A stretch of DNA of 64,000 nucleotides from an uncultured Chloroflexia bacterium (GCA_963700285.1 CAVOXA010000001.1:1216001-1280000); one strand, 5' to 3'; shown: positions 10,448 to 18,738, numbered from the stretch's first letter. The notes: generated by a model from the sequence alone, not told the origin. Program-made: numbers and translations.

Positions 10448-11687
10448 GTCATCGCGCGAGGCGAGGCTTTGAAGTCTACCTGGTCAATGCCCGCCATGTC
10501 AAGAACGTGCCTGGGCGGAAGTCAGACATCCACGATTCTCAGTGGATTCAGCAGTTGCACACATACGGTCTGTTGCGTGCCTCGTTCCGGCCCTGAAGAG
10601 ATATGCGCTCTACGAGCGCTGACCAGAATCGGGACAACTTGATTCGGTATCGTTCTGCCCATATCCAGCACATGCAGAAAGCCATGCAGCTGATGAATGT
10701 GAAGCTAAGCCAGGTTGTCACTGATATCACCGGTGTGACAGGTCTGAGCATCATCCGCGCCATTGTGGCTGGAGAGCGAGACCCTCACCAGCTGGCTGAG
10801 CTTCGACAGCCAGGCTGTGCCAAGAGTGAAGAACAGATTGCCAAGGCTCTGGACGGCAACTACAAGCAGGAACACGTGTTTGTCCTAAAGCAGGCGGTGG
10901 CTCAATACGACTTCTACCAGCAACAGCTTCAGGAGTGTGACACAGAGATGGAGGCAATGTACGCTGCTATGGCTCCCTCCGATCCAGAGGATCTGGTTTC
11001 TCCGCCACCTAAGCCAAAGAGGGGCAAGCCGCGCAAGAACCAAGCCCACTTTGACCTAGCAGCTTCGCTCTATCAGGTCGTGGGTGTAGACCTGACTGCC
11101 ATTGATGGCATTGATGCCCTGACGGCCAGTCGATCATCACCGAGATTGGCACAGATGTGAGTGCTTGGCCCACTGTAAAGCACTTCACTTCTTGGCTAGG
11201 TCTATCTCCCCACAACGATACGTCAGGCGGAAAGGTACTGCGCAGGCGCACCAAGAAGACCAAGAACAGAGCCAATCTGGCATTCAGGCTGGCTGCTCAG
11301 AGCCTGAGCCGAAGCCAGTGTGCAGTTGGCGCATTCTACCGCCGCATGAAGGCGAGGCAGGGTCCGGCCAAAGCCCTCACAGCTACTGCTCACAAACTTG
11401 CGCGGATTGTCTACTTCATGTTAAAGAACCGCACGGCCTACACTGATCCTGGCGTCTCCTACTATGAACAGCAGTATCGCGATCGAGTTGTACGTAGCCT
11501 CAAGCGCAAGGCGGCTGCCATGGGATTCGAATTGATACCCAACCATGCACCTTCAACCACGGTTTCTTAGTAGCGTCAGCGCCTGTCCCGAGCATGTCCT
11601 GAGTCCGCGAAGGGCCTGCCGAGGGAAAGCGATCTCCACTTGTGCCCTGGGGATTGCCACGGCGCAAACAGCGCGCCTCGCAATGAC
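10448..11687. repeat. REP-like palindromic element split by the IS110 remnant, with a second repeat type nested inside
   Basis: Left arm GTCATCGCG (10448-10456). Right part AGCGTCAGCG...AAAGCGATCTCC...GGGATTGCCACG...CTCGCAATGAC (11572-11687), whose end is complementary to the left arm. Nested units CCTGTCCCGAGC / GTCCTGAGTCCGCGAAGGG at 11582-11625. Confidence 0.6.
10457..11570 (+). mobile_element. IS110-family transposase, 5'-truncated and frameshifted
   Basis: Three ORF pieces: GFEVYLVNARHVKNVPGRKSDIHD (RuvC-like DEDD domain, only the last two Asp left), DITGVTGLSIIRAI, and FTSWLGLSP..DTSGGK...ATAHKLARIVY. The N-terminal ~80 codons are missing. Confidence 0.9.
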
Positions 11688-11990
11688 AGATCTGACTGGC
11701 AGTGTATGTCAAGGGACAATGCACCAGCCGTAGTGCCCGCATGCCTCGCGGCCCAAAGCCCGTGGCTCGGGTGCGGTTCGGAAAAGCGCGTTGCGGCTAT
11801 GCCCAGCTCCACGCTTCCTCTTGGGGGCTGGCCCTATGCCGCCGGCGACGCAGCACAGACCAGATTCAAGCGCAAGCCTGCGGGAGGACAGAGGACAGAA
11901 GTGCCCACCCGGCCAGGAGCGCCAATCGTGTCGCCTGATTCCTGAGGACTGGCTTCCACTCCGGGTAGAACCGGTGGGCTGCCGCCGGCG

Positions 11991-12791
11991 CTACTGGCCG
12001 TGGTGTACTGGTTCGGCCACCACATAGATGCGTTGGGCAAAGGGTGCGGCGTTGCCGCCAGAACAGGTCACCAATGTGAGGCGTTCTGGCCCGCCAGGAT
12101 AGAGTAGGTCGCTGTGCTGCTCTAGTTCGGCGGCGTTCTTTCGCCGCCATGGAAGCCGCTCCACATGGGTCACGCGATAGGCAAAAGTCTGCCCGTCCCG
12201 GTCAATGACCTCAACTTCCTGGCCGGGTTGCAGCCGGCCCAGTGACAAGAATACCCCGGTGCCGGTGTAGCTGTAGTTGTGGCCCACAAGGACCACGTTG
12301 CCCTCTCCACCGGGATAGGCCAATCCACCCCAATGGCCTACGAGATCCGGTCGGCCACTCCGGAAGAGCTGATCCACGTCCCGTGTCCAGGCGCCAGTGC
12401 GCGGGTCGCGGATCTGCTGCAACTCGATGATGGCCCGGTCGACGTCGATCGCGGGGATCCGGACGCGGGCCGGTGCGGCGCGGCCGGAAACAACATCAGG
12501 CCAGGCGTTCCGTTGCACAGCGGCTTGAGCGTAGGCTGGGGTGGGAAGGACGGGAGTAGGAGTCCGGGTCGGCATGATGAGCGTATGGTCCACGATGCCA
12601 TCGCCCGCCAGGAAGCGGTCCTGCGCGCTGAACCAGCCGGTCAGGACAGCAAGCGCTACGTAGCAGCCCGCCAAGGCCAAGAGCACGATGCCCACGGCGT
12701 ACAGCAGCCTGCCCGCTACTCGCTCACGCCACCTGTGTTGGCCCGGCATCGGGTTCGATGGGTCCTGGTCTGGCTCCCACAATTCTTCCAT
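11991..12791 (-). CDS. sortase (class D/F-like, peptidase C60)
   Basis: N-terminal TM anchor, PT-rich linker, GNVVLVGH (catalytic His), RLTLVTC (catalytic Cys) and downstream Arg in QRIYVVA. Confidence 0.9.
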   Translation of the reverse strand: MEELWEPDQDPSNPMPGQHRWRERVAGRLLYAVGIVLLALAGCYVALAVLTGWFSAQDRFLAGDGIVDHTLIMPTRTPTPVLPTPAYAQAAVQRNAWPDVVSGRAAPARVRIPAIDVDRAIIELQQIRDPRTGAWTRDVDQLFRSGRPDLVGHWGGLAYPGGEGNVVLVGHNYSYTGTGVFLSLGRLQPGQEVEVIDRDGQTFAYRVTHVERLPWRRKNAAELEQHSDLLYPGGPERLTLVTCSGGNAAPFAQRIYVVAEPVHHGQ

Positions 12792-12797
12792 AGCCGC

Positions 12798-12826
12798 ATT
12801 ATACCCTCAACCAGTCCCGGCGTCAA
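12798..12826 (-). promoter_or_regulatory. sigma70-type promoter of the sortase, probably leaderless
   Basis: Minus strand TTGACG-17 nt-TATAAT, only 6 nt before the ATG at 12791; no RBS. Confidence 0.7.
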
Positions 12827-12903
12827 TCTGGCACTATGACCTGCTCAAAGTTCGTTGATTCTGCTCGTTCCGCTCAAGATCTGAGAGTATACACCTGCTC
12901 CGG

Positions 12904-12932
12904 TTGACATACTGTGCACAATGTGGTACACT
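12904..12932 (+). promoter_or_regulatory. sigma70-type promoter of the repeat surface protein
   Basis: TTGACA-17 nt-TACACT with extended -10 TG. Confidence 0.65.
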
Positions 12933-13069
12933 TGATATGCAGACTAGGGGCCGCCGCCGGTACGTCTTGCGGCGGGTTCTCGATGTTGTGGCCCGGTGAG
13001 GTGGTAGACTTGGGGATGGGCCGTGGTACAGTCAGTGTGTGACGCATGCGCGCGACAGGAGGTGGAGAG

Positions 13070-15112
13070 ATGAAAGAGTTAGCTCCGTGGAAGTACCTGG
13101 CATTGAGTCTGGCAAGAACGTTCCTGTCGGGCCTCTTGCTCATGGCCTTGCCTATAGTCGCTAGGGCAACCGCTCCCACGTCTCGCCTCTACGATTCGCT
13201 GCCCACCATCGAGGTGGCCAAAGCGGCCACTCCGGCCCAAGTACCCGAGCCGGGCGGCACGGTGACTTTTCGGGTCAAGGTCAGGAATACCAGCAGCGAC
13301 GACCTGGCTGTGAACCTGGTGCGCATGGAGGACAACCTCTATGGCGATCTGCTCAATCCAGGGAATTCCAAGATCTCTAACAGCACCTGTGCTTCGGGCA
13401 CGATACAGGCTGGTGATACCTACCAATGTACCTTTCAGGCCGATGTGGCTGGCAGCGGCGGCAGCAGTGTGACGGATACGGTGACGGCCAAGGTCAAAGA
13501 TGATGCGGGCAACGCGGCGCAAGCCAGCGCCCAGGCTACGGTCACCATAATCGCTGGTACACCGTCAGAGCTAGAGGTCGCAAAAAGCGCCAATCCAACC
13601 CAAGTCACCGAGCCTGGTGGTACAGTGACCTTCCAGGTCAAGGTGCGCAACAGTGGCGGCGGGCAGGCCCTGACGCTGGTCCGTCTGGAGGACAACCTTT
13701 ACGGCGATCTGACCAGCGGCGGCAACTCAAAGATCTCCAATACTACCTGCTTCCTGGCTACCATTCAACCCGGGGACACCTACCAGTGTACTTTCCAGGC
13801 AGAGGTCACGGGCAGCGGGGGCACTACTGCGACCGATACGGTGACGGCCAAGGCCAAGGATGCCGCGGGCAACGCGGTTCAGGCCAGTGCCCAGGCTACG
13901 GTCACCATCATTGCCGGTACACCGTCAGAGCTAGAAGTCGCAAAAAGTGCCAATCCGGCGCAAGTAACCGAGCCTGGTGGTACAGTGACCTTTCAGGTGA
14001 AGGTACGCAACAGTGGCGGCGGGCAGGCCCTGACGCTGGTCCGTCTGGAGGACAACCTTTACGGCGATCTGACCAGCGGCGGCAACTCAAAGATCTCCAA
14101 TGCTACCTGTTTCCTGGCTACCATTCAACCCGGGGACACCTACCAGTGTACTTTCCAGGCAGAGGTCACGGGCAGCGGGGGCACTACTGCGACCGATACG
14201 GTGACGGCCAAGGCCAAGGATGCCGCGGGCAACGCGGTTCAGGCCAGTGCCCAGGCCTCGGTGGGCATCATTGCCGGGGAAAAACCGGGGATCACGGTGG
14301 AAAAGAGCGCCAACCCGTCCCAGGTCACCGAGCCGGGGGGTACCGTGACCTACCAGGTCAAAGTGCGCAACATCTCAGGTGGGGTGAGCCTGCAACTGGT
14401 GCGGCTGGAGGACAACCTCTATGGTGACCTCACCAGCGCAGGCAACACGCATATCTCCAACAGCACTTGCGGGCTGGTCACCATCTCATCCGGGAACACC
14501 TACCAGTGCTCCTTCCAGGCGGAGGTGACCGGCAGTAATGGCAGCAGTGTGACAGATACGGTCACCGCCAAGGCCAAAGACCCTGCGGGCAACGCCGTGC
14601 AGGCCAGCGCTCAGGCCACGGTGACCATCGGCGCCCAGCCGCAGCCTGGCATCAGCGTCAGCAAGAAGGCCAATCCAACCTGGGTGCTTGAGCCAGGGGG
14701 CACGGTGACTTACAAGGTACATGTGTCGAACAATAGTCCGGCAGGCGTGCCGGTGACCCTGTCCCAGATCCAGGACAACATCTATGGCAATCTGACCGAC
14801 CTGGCAAACCCCAACACGTCCAACAGCAACTGCCAGCTTGCTACCATTCAGCCCGGCGCTACCTACCAGTGCTCTTTCCAGGGTCAGGTGTCAGGCAATG
14901 CAGGAACTATGGTCACCGACACGGTCAGCGTCATCGCCAAGGCCAACTCGGGCTATCAGGTAGAGGCCAGCGCCAAGGCTACCGTCAGTATTCTCAGCGA
15001 GCCGCCCGATACGGGTGTTCCCCTGACACCGCCGCTTATCGCCGGTGGTCTCATGGCCCTGGGTGCGGCGGCTCTGGGAGCGGGTGCATTGGTGACTCGC
15101 CGGGCAAGCTGA
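13070..15112 (+). CDS. sortase-anchored surface protein with five ~120-aa Ig-like (DUF11/DUF7507-like) repeats
   Basis: GGAGG RBS, N-terminal signal peptide, five repeats (K..EPGGTVT.QVKVRN..EDNLYGDL..C..YQC.F..TDTV), C-terminal PPDTG followed by a hydrophobic helix and TRRAS tail. Confidence 0.85.
   Translation: MKELAPWKYLALSLARTFLSGLLLMALPIVARATAPTSRLYDSLPTIEVAKAATPAQVPEPGGTVTFRVKVRNTSSDDLAVNLVRMEDNLYGDLLNPGNSKISNSTCASGTIQAGDTYQCTFQADVAGSGGSSVTDTVTAKVKDDAGNAAQASAQATVTIIAGTPSELEVAKSANPTQVTEPGGTVTFQVKVRNSGGGQALTLVRLEDNLYGDLTSGGNSKISNTTCFLATIQPGDTYQCTFQAEVTGSGGTTATDTVTAKAKDAAGNAVQASAQATVTIIAGTPSELEVAKSANPAQVTEPGGTVTFQVKVRNSGGGQALTLVRLEDNLYGDLTSGGNSKISNATCFLATIQPGDTYQCTFQAEVTGSGGTTATDTVTAKAKDAAGNAVQASAQASVGIIAGEKPGITVEKSANPSQVTEPGGTVTYQVKVRNISGGVSLQLVRLEDNLYGDLTSAGNTHISNSTCGLVTISSGNTYQCSFQAEVTGSNGSSVTDTVTAKAKDPAGNAVQASAQATVTIGAQPQPGISVSKKANPTWVLEPGGTVTYKVHVSNNSPAGVPVTLSQIQDNIYGNLTDLANPNTSNSNCQLATIQPGATYQCSFQGQVSGNAGTMVTDTVSVIAKANSGYQVEASAKATVSILSEPPDTGVPLTPPLIAGGLMALGAAALGAGALVTRRAS
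13201..15000 (+). repeat. five tandem 360-bp coding repeats
   Basis: Units start at about 13201, 13561, 13921, 14281 and 14641; units 2 and 3 are about 95% identical by my manual count. Confidence 0.9.
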
Positions 15113-15127
15113 GAATGGCCATGAGAT

Positions 15128-15157
15128 CCTTGCAAAGGGTTTCGAACCTTCGCAAGG
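15128..15157. repeat. REP-like imperfect palindrome, possible terminator
   Basis: CCTTGCAAAGGGTT-TCG-AACCTTCGCAAGG just after the stop of the surface protein. Confidence 0.5.
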
Positions 15158-15244
15158 GTGGGTTGGCGTGAAGACCCAATTGCAGCTCGGGACAGGATGT
15201 GGTAGAATGGGGCACATCATTTCAGGGAGAGGAGTCATCTGGTC

Positions 15245-15817
15245 ATGAAGGCTCTAAAAAGCGCAGGTGTAGTACTCATCATCGGAACGATCCTTTTTGC
15301 CATTGGTTCCTTCTCGCCAAGCATCGGCGTATTCTGGGAGTCTGATGCGACGAGCAGGTTGCAGCAGATCGAGGAGGCCAGGGGGCTCTGGCAGCTCACC
15401 CACCTATTCTGGGCCGCGGGCGCCCTGGTCACTGTCATCGGTCTGGGGCTGGTGACCTACCATCTCCGCAAGTCGCACGTTGCCGTACTGGCCTTCCTCG
15501 GCCTTGTCGCCGCGGCCTTGGGCGCTGCCATCGGCGTCTGGCAATTCTACCTACGGGCGACCGATCCCGCGGCCTTTGTCCAGGGTGCGTTGGCCGGCTG
15601 GCAATATGGGGCCTACACCGTACTGACCTTGCTTGGCCTGGCGATCTATGGCTTTGTGTATCTCCGTTCGGGGCTGCCCCGTTGGCTTGGCTATGTCACC
15701 ATTGGCGGCGCTGTGCTCGCCTTCGTCGGCTTTGTTGTCCTTCAAGACGTCTGGCCGCCCCTCAGCTACTATATCCTCACGTTGTTGGCGGGTGTGGTTC
15801 TGGTCCGTCTCGACTGA
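15245..15817 (+). CDS. hypothetical multi-pass membrane protein
   Basis: GAGGAG RBS, about 6 TM helices, upstream TTGCAG-17 nt-TAGAAT promoter-like motif. Confidence 0.7.
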   Translation: MKALKSAGVVLIIGTILFAIGSFSPSIGVFWESDATSRLQQIEEARGLWQLTHLFWAAGALVTVIGLGLVTYHLRKSHVAVLAFLGLVAAALGAAIGVWQFYLRATDPAAFVQGALAGWQYGAYTVLTLLGLAIYGFVYLRSGLPRWLGYVTIGGAVLAFVGFVVLQDVWPPLSYYILTLLAGVVLVRLD

Positions 15818-15932
15818 GCACACACAAAGGGGCGTGATGGTACCTCTTGGGCGCCGTCCGGCCCGGCAAGCCTGGGAACCGAAGCGGCGCGTCTGCGCGC
15901 TTGGTCCTCCATAGAGCAATTCTCTGGTAAAC

Positions 15933-15974
15933 ATTGGCCAGGTGGCACATCGAAAGATTGGCCACCTGGCCAAT
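15933..15974. repeat. long hairpin (14-bp perfect inverted repeat with GAAA-capped inner stem)
   Basis: ATTGGCCAGGTGGC-ACATC-GAAA-GATTG-GCCACCTGGCCAAT. Confidence 0.7.
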
Positions 15975-15977
15975 TCG

Positions 15978-16091
15978 AATCCAGGAAGCTTCGATCTCCG
16001 GCTTGACCGTCCCTTTCTCTTTCTCATCCGCGACATCCAGACCGGGGCCATACTCTTCCTCGGTCGCGTCTTGGACCCCAGCCAGGCTTGA
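15978..16091 (+). pseudogene. serpin C-terminal remnant
   Basis: Not in the ORF track. Reads NPGSFDLRLDRPFLFLIRDIQTGAILFLGRVLDPSQA*, the classic serpin signature; no start codon or upstream serpin sequence. Confidence 0.8.
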
Positions 16092-16132
16092 GTGCCCAGA
16101 ACAACGGGAGCACTTGATCCTCAGCCTGGGGA

Positions 16133-16195
16133 ATAGTCCATCTGGCCTACCCGAAATAGTCCATCTGTCCAGTCAAAGATTGTCCATCTGGCTGA
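16133..16195 (+). promoter_or_regulatory. three tandem operator-like repeats upstream of the DUF4097 gene
   Basis: AT(A/T)GTCCATCTG at 16133, 16156 and 16179 (23-bp period); the first forms TAGTCCA-TC-TGGCCTA, a 7-2-7 imperfect palindrome. Confidence 0.65.
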
Positions 16196-16259
16196 TGCCA
16201 TACTCGCAACTGTGTCGTATAGTGAGCCAGGGTAGTACGATCGGACGTGGAGGCAAGAA

Positions 16260-17132
16260 ATGGAGTCCAAGAGTCGGGGCGTGTGGATCATCGTGGTTGT
16301 GATTGTGATCTTTGCCTGTTGCAGCCTGCTGGCCTGTTCGGCGGTAGGCGTGGGCCTGCTTGCATGGCCGTCGCTGCAGCGGGTTTCAGACCAGCTACCA
16401 GTAGGGGACACGGAGGGCGGCCTTCAAACGCAGCGCATCAACGAGAGCTTTGATGTTGGGAGTGAGCCCACCCTGCAGGTTGACAGTTTTGCCGGAGGTG
16501 TTACGGTTCGTGGAGACGAGGTGGAGGCGATCCAGGTCGTTGCCACGAAAAAGGCCCGGCGACGGAGCGCTCTAGACCGGATCGAAATCAGCATGGTTGA
16601 GCGCGACGGCAGCCTGGAGATCAAGACCAGGAACCCATCCCGCGCCAACAACGCCTCTGTCTTGTTTGAGATTACGGTGCCGGCTGCCACTCATCTGGAG
16701 GTGGACCTGGCAGCGGGGGCTGTCGTTGTGGAAGGCCTGACCGGGGGGCTGCGAGTGGGCAATGCGGCGGGCGCAATCGTACTCAAGGATGTCAGCGGTG
16801 GGATCGACGCCCGCACCGCCGCAGGGACTGTTAGCGCCCGCGGGGCGACCGGCCCGGTGAGCCTGGAGTCTGCCGCCGGCGTTGTCGAGTACCAGGGAAC
16901 GCCCCAGGGCGACTGCCACTTTGGCGCGGCTGTCGGCAGCATCTCCCTCGACCTGCCCGCCGATCCGGAGGTGGTAGTCGATCTTCAGGCCACCATCGGC
17001 GCCGTGGATACGGCCTGTGACGTGAAGGGCCAGACTACAGGGCGAGCGCTCAGAGGTGTCATCGGCTCTGGTGCCCAGGGCACAGTCACGGCGCGTGCGA
17101 CCGTGGGAGACATTAATATGGTCTGCCGGTGA
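16260..17132 (+). CDS. DUF4097 family beta-strand repeat (adhesin-like) membrane-anchored protein
   Basis: GGAGG RBS, Cys-containing N-terminal hydrophobic anchor, repeated xxAAGxVxV beta-solenoid units, ends TVGDINM. Confidence 0.8.
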   Translation: MESKSRGVWIIVVVIVIFACCSLLACSAVGVGLLAWPSLQRVSDQLPVGDTEGGLQTQRINESFDVGSEPTLQVDSFAGGVTVRGDEVEAIQVVATKKARRRSALDRIEISMVERDGSLEIKTRNPSRANNASVLFEITVPAATHLEVDLAAGAVVVEGLTGGLRVGNAAGAIVLKDVSGGIDARTAAGTVSARGATGPVSLESAAGVVEYQGTPQGDCHFGAAVGSISLDLPADPEVVVDLQATIGAVDTACDVKGQTTGRALRGVIGSGAQGTVTARATVGDINMVCR

Positions 17133-17140
17133 GTAGAGAT

Positions 17141-17215
17141 GGACGGAGGACGGCAGACGATGGAAAAAGAGTGCAACACGAATCACGCAACAGGTATCAC
17201 GTACTACGAAGCACG
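17141..17215 (+). repeat. intergenic heptamer arrays
   Basis: GGACGGA/GGACGGC/AGACGAT (17141-17161) and CACGAAT/CACGCAA/CAGGTAT/CACGTAC/TACGAAG/CACG (17177-17215), both with a 7-nt period. Confidence 0.6.
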
Positions 17216-17235
17216 TGCGACCAAGGAGGAGTCAA

Positions 17236-17640
17236 GTGAACCAACTCAATGAACACGATTTGAAGCTCCACGTAACCATCATCGGCTGGCTGAACATCAT
17301 ATCAAGCGCCATGCTGCTGGGGGTGGGCCTGTGTGGCTGCCTGTTCTTTGCCGGAATCGGTACCTTTGCCGCCGCCGATAGCAGCGACCCGGTGGCGCTG
17401 GGCATCCTGGGCACGATTGGCGCAGTCGCTCTTCTCTTCTTTGTTGTGCTGGCTCTACCGGGCATGCTGGCCGGTTATGGCCTGTTGCGGAGCAGGAAGT
17501 GGGGCCAGATCCTGGGCATCGTCGTTGGGATTCTGAGTCTGCTCAACTTTCCAATCGGGACCGCCATCGGTGCCTACACGCTGTTTGTCCTCTTTCAGGA
17601 TGCAGCTTCCGACTACTTTTCGGGTGCGGAAGCGAGCTAG
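17236..17640 (+). CDS. hypothetical membrane protein
   Basis: AGGAGG RBS before GTG at 17236; AGYGLL...W..ILGIVVGILSLLNFPIGTAIGAY motif, 3-4 TM helices. Confidence 0.75.
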   Translation: MNQLNEHDLKLHVTIIGWLNIISSAMLLGVGLCGCLFFAGIGTFAAADSSDPVALGILGTIGAVALLFFVVLALPGMLAGYGLLRSRKWGQILGIVVGILSLLNFPIGTAIGAYTLFVLFQDAASDYFSGAEAS

Positions 17641-18232
17641 CGCACTTGGCGCAACGCTCCTGCCAGGTGCGTTGCGCCTCGGGCATCTGGGATCCTCTGC
17701 CGGGACGAGAGGTCCTCTTTGGGATCGCAATCTACTCAAGGGTCAGAACTCCTGATATAGGACCAGGCAAGTGCAGGCGGTCTCTGCGCCTGGGCCGCTG
17801 GCCATGGATGGGCAGGCAGAGAGCCTCGACAGGACCTGTAGGCGCTGCGCGCGCAGCGCCTACAGGTCTGGGAGGGTTCTATATTGACAACAGCCTGGGC
17901 ATCGGCGGCGTCGTACCTGATGGGTTGGTTCGAGGCCATGCCCGGCCTCTTTCCCGGCACGCACCTGGTGAGCCCCCCAGACGCCCGTCCCGGGACGGTA
18001 CTCATCCAACGGCTGGAGGCAGGTTCCACGTTAGACCAGGTGGCCGAGGAGTGGGGACCCCGGCTGGGCCTGGAGGAAGCGCCGATGACCAGTACGGCAT
18101 GGACGACAGTCTACGCCTCGCGGCCAGACGCTGGACTCTCGGCCAAACCTGTGCTATAGTCTATGAGAACCCAACCGGTACTCTGGCCAGTCTGCATCCC
18201 AACGACGCCTGCGGTGGAGAAAGGTGGTCAAG

Positions 18233-18682
18233 ATGAAGCACATGGTTGCCCTGTGGGGCGGCAAGCGATGGTGGACGACGATCATCTTTCTATTCATCGG
18301 CGCGGTGGCCCTGATCGCGGCCTTTCTGGTGGGCGTGGCCGACAACCTTCCAGGGCTGGTGCTGGTCTACGTGGCCGTCACCGCTTTCATGCTGGCCCTG
18401 GTGCATACTTGGCGTAGCGTCAAGAGGTTTCTCATACTCCTCGGGGCTGCGCTGCTGGGCTTCCCGCTCGCCGTCGTACTGCACAATTTGTTCTATGCTC
18501 TGGCCGAGCTGGCTTCTGATTTCGCGGGGCTGGTGCAGGTCTTGGGCTTGCTGGAAGTGTTGTTCTTCCTGGTGGCGGTGGTCATCAGCCCGCCGGGCGC
18601 CCTAGTCGGGGCGGCGGGCGCCGCGGTCATGGCCATCCTCCGCGCCAGGCACAAACGGGGCCCGGATGGGATGTCCTTGTAG
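18233..18682 (+). CDS. hypothetical membrane protein
   Basis: AAAGGTGG RBS-like sequence; 4 TM helices; VVLHNLFYAL motif. Confidence 0.7.
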   Translation: MKHMVALWGGKRWWTTIIFLFIGAVALIAAFLVGVADNLPGLVLVYVAVTAFMLALVHTWRSVKRFLILLGAALLGFPLAVVLHNLFYALAELASDFAGLVQVLGLLEVLFFLVAVVISPPGALVGAAGAAVMAILRARHKRGPDGMSL

Positions 18683-18712
18683 CGAGGCGTTCCAGGCTCC
18701 CGAAGTTGCGAA

Positions 18713-18738
18713 CCCTCCGACTGCGCTCAGGGTAGGCC
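18713..18738. repeat. REP-like unit (CCCTyCGACT.CGCTCAGGG type)
   Basis: CCCTCCGACTGCGCTCAGGGTAGGCC; its reverse complement resembles the nested units at 11582-11625. Confidence 0.5.

Noticed and set aside
13201-15000. CRISPR or non-coding tandem repeat
   Set aside because: The 360-nt period is in frame and encodes protein domains.
16133-16195. Mini-CRISPR array
   Set aside because: Repeats of about 12 nt with about 11-nt spacers are far too short and no cas genes are present; the pattern fits a transcription-factor site.
17760-18159. ORF 17884..18159 as a real gene
   Set aside because: TTG start without an RBS and no recognisable motif; it may be a gene remnant but I cannot assign it.
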